In this document: one piece after another, positions 8,324 through 15,680 of the stretch
How positions within the stretch are numbered: the first letter of the stretch is position 1
Layout of the letters: each line of letters opens with the position of its first letter
The notes under the pieces: model-generated
Databases searched by the model: none
What the model saw: only the letters and a program-made list of their open reading frames with translations
Told to the model about the DNA's origin: nothing
Translations under genes and position numbers: made by a program
NCBI GenBank assembly: GCA_038063415.1
Contig: JBBTVD010000006.1
Span: 221,882-285,881, forward strand
Source of the DNA: Patescibacteria group bacterium
GTDB lineage: Bacteria > Patescibacteriota > Microgenomatia > Levybacterales > UBA12049
DNA length: 64,000 nt
Direction: 5' to 3'

Positions 8324-9670
8324 TTACCACTGTGGCATAAATTCTTTGAGATTTGCGTCAGTAATTTTGACTGTCTCTGCTTGCCCTGAGATAATAACAG
8401 TTGCGGCCTTTCTGCACATAGCGGTAATAATTCTGTCGAGACCTCGAACTCCAGGATCGTATCCAAGCGGTCTGATTAGTGGCTCCCAGACACTATCATC
8501 AATAATAAGTTGGTTGGGAAGTAGCCCTGTTTGCTGCATCGTCTTTGGAAGTACATGATCCTTGCCAATGACGGTCTTCTCGGTATCATTATAGGAAGGC
8601 ATGTGGACAATCTCAAGACGATCGAGTACCGCAGTTGCAACACTATTGACGTTGTTGGCCGTCGCGATAAAGATTACATCTTGCAAGTTAAATGGATAAT
8701 CAATGTAATGATCAGTAAATCGTGCATTCTGCTCAGGATCAAGAATTTCAATCAGCACACCCATAATGTCTGCACGAGCTGAATCAGTCACACGATCAAG
8801 CTCATCAAGCAGAATTACCGGATTTTTGGTCTTGGCATTCGCAAGACGCTTGATTATCTGTCCGGGCTCAGCATCAGGAAAATAGCGAGATTGTCCTCGA
8901 AGCACCCGAGAATCTGCCATGCCTCCAAAAGGAATACGTTCAAACTTCCGGCCTAAAGCATCAGCAAGAGACTTGGCAAAGGTCGTCTTACCGGTACCGG
9001 CAAGGCCAAGCAAACAAAGAATTGGCGCTTTAATGACATTTTCTTTACCACCATAGTTCTTGATATTCAACATAATAGACGCAATATACTCAAGCACTCT
9101 TTGCTTGAGGGGCTCAAGACCATAATGGTTTTTATCCATGAGCTGTTTGGCTTTTGCGAGATCCAATTGATCTTTACTTTTACTCTCCCAAGGAAGTGCA
9201 ACAACCCAATCAACAAACTTCTCCGTTGACTCGTATTCCATAATGTAGGTAGAACTCAAAAAGCCAGAACTGGAACGAATCATAGCGAGTCGTGAGATAC
9301 GTTCAAGGAGTTCTTCTTTGAAGTCGGCCGGAATCTTTGCCTGTTCAATTTGTTCACCGAGTCTTCTAATTTGATCTGATGATTTTCCATGGTCGGAAAC
9401 TCCGACGGTTCCTGTGGCTGTTGCTCCAATACTTACTCCACTCACTTCTTGGGCTGTTGTATCGTTATTAACCATTTGTGCGCTGGCAACGTTTTGCATT
9501 TTTTGCATAGCTTCACTTTCTTGCATCGCTGTCGCGGTGAGGCTATTATCAATGACTTGAGGAATATCTCCTCGTTGCATAGCAGCTTTATCTTCAGCGC
9601 TAGGTGCAGGAGGTTGTTGTGGAGATGGTATAGCCGATTGATCGGCTGGTTTCTGGGCAGATGGATCCAT
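8324..9670 (-). CDS. Lon-family AAA+ ATPase module with no S16 protease domain and no LON N-terminal domain; the N-terminus is a Q/P/A/T-rich low-complexity region.
   Basis: It aligns by eye to E. coli Lon residues ~260-600. Shared features are LPWESKS, HYGLEPLKQRVLEYIA, Walker A GLAGTGKTT, Walker B ILLDELDR, LDPEQNARFTDHY, sensor ATAN and the arginine region DPGVRGLDR. The protein ends where the protease domain would begin. The first ~200 aa are low complexity. Confidence 0.75.
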   Translation of the reverse strand: MDPSAQKPADQSAIPSPQQPPAPSAEDKAAMQRGDIPQVIDNSLTATAMQESEAMQKMQNVASAQMVNNDTTAQEVSGVSIGATATGTVGVSDHGKSSDQIRRLGEQIEQAKIPADFKEELLERISRLAMIRSSSGFLSSTYIMEYESTEKFVDWVVALPWESKSKDQLDLAKAKQLMDKNHYGLEPLKQRVLEYIASIMLNIKNYGGKENVIKAPILCLLGLAGTGKTTFAKSLADALGRKFERIPFGGMADSRVLRGQSRYFPDAEPGQIIKRLANAKTKNPVILLDELDRVTDSARADIMGVLIEILDPEQNARFTDHYIDYPFNLQDVIFIATANNVNSVATAVLDRLEIVHMPSYNDTEKTVIGKDHVLPKTMQQTGLLPNQLIIDDSVWEPLIRPLGYDPGVRGLDRIITAMCRKAATVIISGQAETVKITDANLKEFMPQW

Positions 9671-9838
9671 ATCTCTATATTACACCACGCGTTCTTCTTC
9701 ACGCAAGGATTTAAGTTTCTATTGCAGCTTGGCAAGTACCATTTATGGCATATATCCCCCCACGTCATGTTAGATAAGTTAAATCTTTTTAATGTAGTTT
9801 ACAGGCGGAAATTTCTTCTTTTGTAAAACCAAGAGTAA

Positions 9839-10039
9839 TTATCTGCTTATAATATTTTCTGCAATAATGGGATCATAGTCAGATTTACCTTGTAAGAGTG
9901 TTATAAATGGTCTTTTTCCTTTTTCGACAGAGCGAGGAGATGAATACTTGAGATGCCTTGATCCTGTCTGTGGTTCTTCTTTGAAACCCAAACAAAGAAG
10001 ACAAGCAACAAGCTCTCTTGAGCCAAATGATTGGCTCAT
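9839..10039 (-). CDS. hicA: HicA-like mRNA interferase toxin (YcfA family)
   Basis: 66 aa. Pattern LLCLGFKEEPQTGSRHLKY...GKRPFITLLQGKSDYDPIIAENII fits the HicA fold motif (GSHxxxxHP ... KDL..GTL..IL). Start overlaps the stop of the upstream partner (ATGA). Confidence 0.55.
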   Translation of the reverse strand: MSQSFGSRELVACLLCLGFKEEPQTGSRHLKYSSPRSVEKGKRPFITLLQGKSDYDPIIAENIISR

Positions 10040-10368
10040 TGGCCTATACTTCTATGCAAATTTCCTGCGTAGAAAGTATTTACTTTAAATTGACTTAGAT
10101 TGTTTGTCTTCTCTTCCCTAGAAATAGTCACCAATTCTTGTATCGTTTGGTCACTCGGTATAAATCTTACTTGGTCATGATATTTTTTAGGAATATCAAA
10201 GAATGTGTAAATAAGATCATTTACATTAATAAATAACTCGTTTAAATCATTCGCTTCTGTAAAAATGTCGAGCTCTGGTAAATCGGCTATTAAAATTCCT
10301 GTAGTACTCTTCTTTACATCTACTTTAATATATTGGGGTAATTTTGGTAAATCATTCTTTGCTTCCAT
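10036..10368 (-). CDS. hicB: HicB-like antitoxin (N-terminal RNase-H-like HicB fold only)
   Basis: YIKVDVKKSTTGILIADLPELDIFTEANDLNELFINVNDLIYTFF matches the HicB N-terminal pattern (Y.V..EK...G...A..PELPG..T.G.TLEEA..N..EAI). It is translationally coupled to hicA. Confidence 0.45.
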   Translation of the reverse strand: MEAKNDLPKLPQYIKVDVKKSTTGILIADLPELDIFTEANDLNELFINVNDLIYTFFDIPKKYHDQVRFIPSDQTIQELVTISREEKTNNLSQFKVNTFYAGNLHRSIGQ

Positions 10369-10686
10369 ATTATATCCTTCCTATCGGCATTATCTCTTTT
10401 TAGCCTCAATTTGTCAAGATAACATATTATGTCAAAGAACAACATTTAAAGGTATACTAAAACCGTTAATCTTTCTTCCATCACGTTTTCCAATAAGAAC
10501 TCTTTTGTTTTGCCATTCTCCATGCAGCTTTGTAAGTCACTCCTAACAATCTCTAATACTACCACTGGTTGCAGTCAACTATGATATCCTCTATATGTTA
10601 ATAAAGAATAAATCACCTCTTCCACCACCCCCATCGCATTAATATATCAATCTAGAATGAAGTTGTTCAATTTAAGGAAGTATCAA

Positions 10687-11559
10687 CTACTCTTCTCTTC
10701 GGAGCGCTTCAAACAGTTCTTTTTGTCTTTTCGACAATTTCCGAGGAACTTGTATCACAATTTTGACATAATGATCACCTTTGCCAGAACCTTGGACATG
10801 TTTTACCCCTCTGCCACTGAGTCGGATAAGTGTCCCAGGTTGTGTCCCGGCAGGAATCCGAATCTTTACTGACCCATCAATCGTTTCTACATTAATTTCC
10901 TCTCCCAACGCCGCTTGAGCATAGGAAACTTCTTTCTCCGAAACAATATCATACCCTTGTCTCTGGAAACGTGTATCCTGCGCAACCTCTACGACAACGT
11001 CATATGCATCAAATCGAATACGAGAACCACTATCAACACCCGCCGGAATCTTGATTTTTTGTGTTTTATTGTCAATGGTTACTTGCTTTTCAGTACCATG
11101 CACGGCTTCATCAAAACTAATCGTTATGCGATAAGCTGGACGACGTTGTCGACTGCCAAAAGGAGATCCCCCACCGCCAAAAAATTGTTCAAAAATATCA
11201 AAGGGATCAGAAAAACCTCCAAAGTCCCCAGCGCCACCATTACCAGAATAGGTATAGGTAAAGGGACCATATTGTCCTCCCTGTTGTCCACCAAACCCTC
11301 CAAAGGGACCGCCTGCTCCACCAGCACCTCCTTGCTCAAAGGCAGCATGGCCGAACTGATCATAGCTTTTTCTCTTCTCTTCATTGGAGAGCACTTCGTA
11401 GGCTTTGGTTACTTCTTTAAATTGTGCTTCCCCTTCTTTGGTTTTGTTATGATCGGGGTGGTACTTGAGGGCAAGTTTTCGATACGCTTTTTTGATCTCA
11501 TCATGTGAGGAGGTCTTTGTAACACCTAATATTTCATAATAATCTTTGTTCTCTGCCAT
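10687..11559 (-). CDS. dnaJ: DnaJ-family co-chaperone (type II/CbpA-like; J domain, G/F region and C-terminal domains, but no CxxCxGxG zinc finger)
   Basis: J domain KDYYEILGV...KKAYRKLALKYHPD, a Gly-rich region and the C-terminal substrate-binding domains. The start is moved from the ORF-track M1 (11580) to MAENKDYYEILGV (11559), which matches canonical DnaJ N-termini. Confidence 0.85.
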   Translation of the reverse strand: MAENKDYYEILGVTKTSSHDEIKKAYRKLALKYHPDHNKTKEGEAQFKEVTKAYEVLSNEEKRKSYDQFGHAAFEQGGAGGAGGPFGGFGGQQGGQYGPFTYTYSGNGGAGDFGGFSDPFDIFEQFFGGGGSPFGSRQRRPAYRITISFDEAVHGTEKQVTIDNKTQKIKIPAGVDSGSRIRFDAYDVVVEVAQDTRFQRQGYDIVSEKEVSYAQAALGEEINVETIDGSVKIRIPAGTQPGTLIRLSGRGVKHVQGSGKGDHYVKIVIQVPRKLSKRQKELFEALRREE

Positions 11560-11569
11560 ATATACTAAA

Positions 11570-11590
11570 AAGGGCGCCATCGCGCCTCAA
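11570..11590 (-). terminator. Intrinsic terminator/attenuator hairpin between dnaK and dnaJ (GGCGC-GAUG-GCGCC followed by CUUUUU on the minus strand)
   Basis: Seen directly: plus strand 11573-11577 ggcgc / 11582-11586 gcgcc, with an A5 run upstream on plus (U5 downstream on the transcribed strand). Partial termination between dnaK and dnaJ is common. Confidence 0.45.
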
Positions 11591-11605
11591 AATGCTATGA
11601 GTTAT

Positions 11606-11676
11606 TTTGTCATTCTGGCTTGTCCAGAATCAGAAACCTCTGATCCTGGATGCGCTCCGCTTACCAGGATGACGCT
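11606..11676. repeat. Structured palindromic intergenic repeat, copy 1 of 3, in the dnaK-dnaJ spacer
   Basis: gtcattctggcttgtccagaatc...gatcctggatgcgctccgcttaccaggatgacg contains hairpin ATTCTGG/CCAGAAT, hairpin ATCCTGG/CCAGGAT and an outer pair GTCAT/ATGAC. It is near-identical to 29531-29601 and to the reverse complement of 46703-46760. Confidence 0.6.
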
Positions 11677-11681
11677 ACATT

Positions 11682-13613
11682 TTACTCTACAACTTCGCCT
11701 TCGATAGGTTTCTCTTTGTCTTTTTTGTCTTTCTCTGCTTCTTTGCCATCCTCTTTTTTATCGTCAGTTTTAGTCTCAGATTCTTCGGTTTGACCAGCTG
11801 GTTGATCAGAAGGAGGTGTCTGAGCATAGGCTGCTTGCCCTATTTTTTGCAAACTATCTGACAATTCCTGTGTCTTTGCCTGAATGTCTTCTTTACTTCC
11901 TGAATCAAGAATATCTTTAAGCCCCTTTGCTTTTTCTTCAACTTCTTTTTTGACATCTTCTGCAATCTTATTCTCTTTATCCTCACGGATAGTTTTTTCT
12001 GCGGTAAAGATCAATGCATCTGCTTGATTGCGTACTTCAATCTTTTCTTTTTTCTCTTCGTCTTCTTTGGCATGCATTTCTGCTTCTTTAGTCATCTTTT
12101 CAACTTCTTCTTTGGAGAGACCTGTTGATCCCGTAATCTTAATGCTTTGCTCCTTGCCACTTGCCTTATCCTTTGCCGTAACGTTCAGGATGCCACTGGC
12201 ATCGATATCAAAGATTACTTCTACTTGCGGAACACCTCGAGGAGCTGGAGGAATACCATCAAGAACGAATTTCCCAAGAGATTTATTATCAGCAGCCATT
12301 GGACGCTCTCCTTGAAGAATGTTAATTTCAACCTGTGTTTGATTGTCACCAGCGGTTGAAAATACTTGCGATTTGGAAGTCGGGATTGTGGTGTTACGGG
12401 TAATAAGTGGTGTTGAGACACTCCCTAGGGTTTCGATACCAAGAGTCAATGGCGTTACATCAAGGAGTAAGACATCTTTCACTTCTCCACCAAGCACACC
12501 TGCTTGTACTGCCGCACCTACAGCGACTACTTCATCAGGATTAACCCCACGGTTAGGTTCTTTACCAAAGAACTTAGTTACTGCTTCAACCACTTTTGGC
12601 ATGCGGGTCATGCCACCCACCATAATAACTTCATCAATGTTTGCACTCTGCAATTTTGCATCCTCAAGTGATTTCTTCACTGGCTCCAGTGTCTTTTGAA
12701 TCAGTTCATCAACAATTTGCTCGAGCTTTGCTCGAGTCAAGGTCATAGTCAAATGGAGTGGACCATCTTTGCCTTGCGTGATAAACGGTTGATTAATGGA
12801 CGCTTCTTGACTGCTAGAAAGTTCAATCTTTGCCTTTTCTGCTGATTCTTTGAGTCTTTGCAATGCCTGTGGATCTTTACGCAGATCAACCCCATGCTCT
12901 TTTTGGAACTCATCAGCAAGGTAATCAATAATCTTCTGATCAAAATCATCACCACCAAGATGCGTATCACCATTGGTTGCTTTTACTTCATAAACACCAT
13001 CTCCGAGTTCAAGAACAGAGATATCAAAGGTTCCTCCTCCTAAATCATAGACAGCAATCGTGTGCGCATTTTTCTTATCAAGACCGTAGGCGAGAGCTGC
13101 TGCTGTTGGTTCATTGATAATACGAAGTACTTCAAGACCAGCAATTTCTCCAGCTTGCTTGGTGGCTTGGCGCTCACTATCATCAAAGTATGCAGGAACG
13201 GTAATAACAGCCTGAGTAACTTTTTCTCCAAGATAGGATTCTGCATCTGTTTTGATCTTCTGCAAAATCATTGCGGAGATCTCTTGTGGAGTAAAGGTCT
13301 TGCCATCGACTTCAACAACAGCCATATCATCGCGTCCTGCCTTGACTGAATAGGCAAGGAACTTCAGGTCATATTGTACCGATTTGTCAGAAAACTTCCT
13401 CCCCATCAAACGCTTAACTGAAGCAATCGTTTGCTTAGGTTTAAGAGCCATCTGTCGCTTTGCGACGTCTCCAACAATATGTGCTATCGGATCAACCACA
13501 GATGGGATAACATTGCGGCCTTCGGCAGAGTGAATTACTTTGGGAGATCCTCCCTCCATTACAGCTACACATGAATTTGTTGTTCCTAAATCAATTCCTA
13601 TTATTTTAGCCAT
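11682..13613 (-). CDS. dnaK: Molecular chaperone DnaK (Hsp70)
   Basis: [30 protein letters not shown] and a C-terminal acidic EVVE tail; 643 aa. Confidence 0.97.
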   Translation of the reverse strand: MAKIIGIDLGTTNSCVAVMEGGSPKVIHSAEGRNVIPSVVDPIAHIVGDVAKRQMALKPKQTIASVKRLMGRKFSDKSVQYDLKFLAYSVKAGRDDMAVVEVDGKTFTPQEISAMILQKIKTDAESYLGEKVTQAVITVPAYFDDSERQATKQAGEIAGLEVLRIINEPTAAALAYGLDKKNAHTIAVYDLGGGTFDISVLELGDGVYEVKATNGDTHLGGDDFDQKIIDYLADEFQKEHGVDLRKDPQALQRLKESAEKAKIELSSSQEASINQPFITQGKDGPLHLTMTLTRAKLEQIVDELIQKTLEPVKKSLEDAKLQSANIDEVIMVGGMTRMPKVVEAVTKFFGKEPNRGVNPDEVVAVGAAVQAGVLGGEVKDVLLLDVTPLTLGIETLGSVSTPLITRNTTIPTSKSQVFSTAGDNQTQVEINILQGERPMAADNKSLGKFVLDGIPPAPRGVPQVEVIFDIDASGILNVTAKDKASGKEQSIKITGSTGLSKEEVEKMTKEAEMHAKEDEEKKEKIEVRNQADALIFTAEKTIREDKENKIAEDVKKEVEEKAKGLKDILDSGSKEDIQAKTQELSDSLQKIGQAAYAQTPPSDQPAGQTEESETKTDDKKEDGKEAEKDKKDKEKPIEGEVVE

Positions 13614-13614
13614 A

Positions 13615-14229
13615 TTAGTTTCCTTTCTTTCCGACTATTACTTGTGCTGCCCGGAGCACTTTATCATGCAACTGATAGCCTGCCCGAACTTCTTCTAGTA
13701 CTTTATTCTCTTCTCCTTCGGCAACTGTCAAACATTCCATCAGGTGTGGGTTAAACTCCTGACCAATTGTCTCAATTTTGGTGACTCCTTCAGATTTGAG
13801 TACATCCAAAAATTGATTAATCATTACTGTAACTTCCTGACCCTGCCTGCCGGCAGGCAGGTCTTGAATATGATTACTTGCTAGCATTAGTGTATCTAAA
13901 ACTGGCAATAATCGCAAGAGTATATCTTTATTTCCTGACCGTATCCATTCACTTCGTTCATCCTGTACGCGGCGCTGCAAATTTTGATAATCCGCAAGAG
14001 CCCTTTTATATTTTTGTTCACTCTCTTCAAGTTTTGTATCTAACTCAATTATGAGCTTTTCTTCTTTAGATACTGACTTCTTTTCTGTTTGTTTTTGAGC
14101 TTCAACAACATCCTCTAAATCTGCCATCTCTTCCTCTTTTTTTACATTCTTATCGTCATTTTTCATCTTCTTTATTGTAATTTCTTCGTAATAAATTTTC
14201 AACCCCGATCTGACCAAATCTTTTACCAA
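13615..14229 (-). CDS. grpE: Nucleotide exchange factor GrpE
   Basis: [42 protein letters not shown] is the GrpE signature. The true start may be an internal Met. Confidence 0.9.
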   Translation of the reverse strand: MVKDLVRSGLKIYYEEITIKKMKNDDKNVKKEEEMADLEDVVEAQKQTEKKSVSKEEKLIIELDTKLEESEQKYKRALADYQNLQRRVQDERSEWIRSGNKDILLRLLPVLDTLMLASNHIQDLPAGRQGQEVTVMINQFLDVLKSEGVTKIETIGQEFNPHLMECLTVAEGEENKVLEEVRAGYQLHDKVLRAAQVIVGKKGN

Positions 14230-14954
14230 CCCTTCGCGCTTTCTTCAATAAGATCGCCAAAGTATCTCACCGTCGGAATAACAGTCATGTAATTAAGACG
14301 AGCTGGACCAATAACCCCGATTCGTCCGTGAACAGCCATAGGCGTGACATAATCAGTAAAGATAAAGCCGTATGGACCCCGTAGCTTTGCTCCAAGTTCA
14401 TCTTCAATTAAGATATGGATATCTTCATCTGGTTGTACGTTGGAGAAAATATTTTGAAAACAATCGTATTCATCAAGTGCGGAAAGGAGCGTTTTGGTCA
14501 CATCAATATCAAGAAACTCTGGCATCTCAAGGATATTGGCATATCCTGAAGCATAGAGATCTCCTTCATTGGTAGTCGCAATAGCAAGCGTATGCGTTTT
14601 CCCAGCAAGAGACCTCGTAACCTCCTTAAGGAATCGCTGCATTGTCTCACGATAATCCCACACTTTTTCTTTGAGAGCCACTTCTTCAACCGTTGAAAGT
14701 TCTTTTTCTTTCATCAGTTCACGCACATAGAATTTGAGGCCTTTTGCAGTCGGGATACGACCAGCAGAAGAATGTGGTTTTTTGAGATACCCATAGTCAG
14801 AAAGCTTTACCATTTCGTTACGAATGGTTGCCGGAGAAGCACTGAGATTATGTTTTTTTTCAATGGTTTCAGAGCCCACAGGTTCAGCAGAATTAATGTA
14901 TTCTTCAATGACACTTCGAAGAATATCTATTTGTCGCTGGGTCAAGTTATGCAT
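14223..14954 (-). CDS. hrcA: Heat-inducible transcription repressor HrcA
   Basis: MHNLTQRQIDILRSVIEEYINSAEPVGSETIEKK...ATIRNEMVKLSDYGYLKKPHSSAGRIPT aligns with the HrcA N-terminus. The start is set at MHNL (14954) rather than the ORF-track 15005, because a promoter and a CIRCE-like site occupy 14956-14992. Confidence 0.85.
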   Translation of the reverse strand: MHNLTQRQIDILRSVIEEYINSAEPVGSETIEKKHNLSASPATIRNEMVKLSDYGYLKKPHSSAGRIPTAKGLKFYVRELMKEKELSTVEEVALKEKVWDYRETMQRFLKEVTRSLAGKTHTLAIATTNEGDLYASGYANILEMPEFLDIDVTKTLLSALDEYDCFQNIFSNVQPDEDIHILIEDELGAKLRGPYGFIFTDYVTPMAVHGRIGVIGPARLNYMTVIPTVRYFGDLIEESAKGW

Positions 14955-14955
14955 A

Positions 14956-14982
14956 TTAGCACTAATATAACATGACTGCCAA
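14956..14982. promoter_or_regulatory. CIRCE-like inverted repeat (HrcA operator), TTAGCACTA-N9-GACTGCCAA, immediately upstream of hrcA
   Basis: 15 of 18 positions match the CIRCE consensus TTAGCACTC-N9-GAGTGCTAA. It lies directly in front of hrcA, which is the canonical position. Confidence 0.55.
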
Positions 14983-14992
14983 GCCATGTCAA
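14964..14992 (-). promoter_or_regulatory. Sigma-70-like promoter TTGACA-N17-TATATT for the hrcA-grpE-dnaK-dnaJ operon. It overlaps the CIRCE-like site, and the -10 ends 9 nt before the hrcA ATG, so the transcript is near-leaderless.
   Basis: On the minus strand, TTGACA is at 14992-14987, a 17-nt spacer follows, and TATATT is at 14969-14964. The hrcA ATG is at 14954. Confidence 0.5.
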
Positions 14993-15034
14993 GAGAACCT
15001 TGCAAAAATAATCGTAAAAAGCTATTCTACGATT

Positions 15035-15523
15035 ATGAGTTTTGGATCAAGTTCTGGTTTTTCACGCTTCGGAGGGATAGCCCAACATCATGATGAAAAA
15101 CGGTATGTTCTCAAAAAAATGGAGGCTGAAGGCAAAATTAAATTTTATGATGATGAAAAAAAAGAAACTGGAAAAGTAGAGATTATCGCAGAGAAGGGCA
15201 AAGTTGTATTTTATAAAGATTACCTGCCTTCCCCGGCTGGAGTCGGTTTTCTTGAACGGATTAAAAAGATTGATATTTTTTCAAGCGATGATGAGCTTCG
15301 AGATACCCTTTTTGTTATCACTGATGATAAGACAATGATGCATCCTATTTATCAATTTTCTCAAGGGAATATGGTACTTGGGAGAGGCAAAGGAGATATC
15401 GTTATGGCAATTGCCTATCATTTGCTTGGCGATGTTATTGATTCTCGTTTTATTCTTGGCTCAGCGGTTGATGAAGAAGTACTGACGACTATTAAGAAAT
15501 TGATTGAAGGGAAGACTATATAA
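15035..15523 (+). CDS. Hypothetical protein (no recognisable domain), divergent from hrcA
   Basis: ORF with a plausible start at MSFGSSSG (15035). ORF-track start is 14972. No motif recognised. Confidence 0.4.
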   Translation: MSFGSSSGFSRFGGIAQHHDEKRYVLKKMEAEGKIKFYDDEKKETGKVEIIAEKGKVVFYKDYLPSPAGVGFLERIKKIDIFSSDDELRDTLFVITDDKTMMHPIYQFSQGNMVLGRGKGDIVMAIAYHLLGDVIDSRFILGSAVDEEVLTTIKKLIEGKTI

Positions 15524-15547
15524 AAACTAAAACGGGCTACTGTCTAG

Positions 15548-15640
15548 ATCTTTATCGATATTACTACTGCTACTGCTTTGTTCCTTATGCTTGAAGCTAT
15601 TGGTGTTGTTATCCTCAAAATATCTGGCTGGACTTATTAA
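15548..15640 (+). pseudogene. Orphan 3' gene fragment (~30 codons) homologous to the C-terminus of the downstream 493-aa surface-protein gene, followed by a small hairpin
   Basis: In-frame translation *IFIDITTATALFLMLEAIGVVILKISGWTY* versus the downstream gene end AAIVGALFLTASFLMLEVIGIDILKIPGWTL*. About 80% nucleotide identity over the last ~57 nt. The hairpin TTGAGT-ATTTAG-ACTCAA at 15646-15663 follows its stop. Confidence 0.5.
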
Positions 15641-15680
15641 TAGAGTTGAGTATTTAGACTCAATATGACAAAATAAAAAG

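Noticed and set aside
10369-10686. 318-nt intergenic region upstream of hicB, and plus-strand ORF 10265-10546
   Set aside because: No conserved motif, RNA structure or SD-led ORF was recognisable. The plus ORF overlaps the hicB start region antisense. Most likely this is the promoter region for hicBA.
15035-15523. Possible heat-shock or defence function for the hypothetical protein divergent from hrcA
   Set aside because: No recognisable motif. Divergent placement alone is not evidence. It is left as hypothetical.
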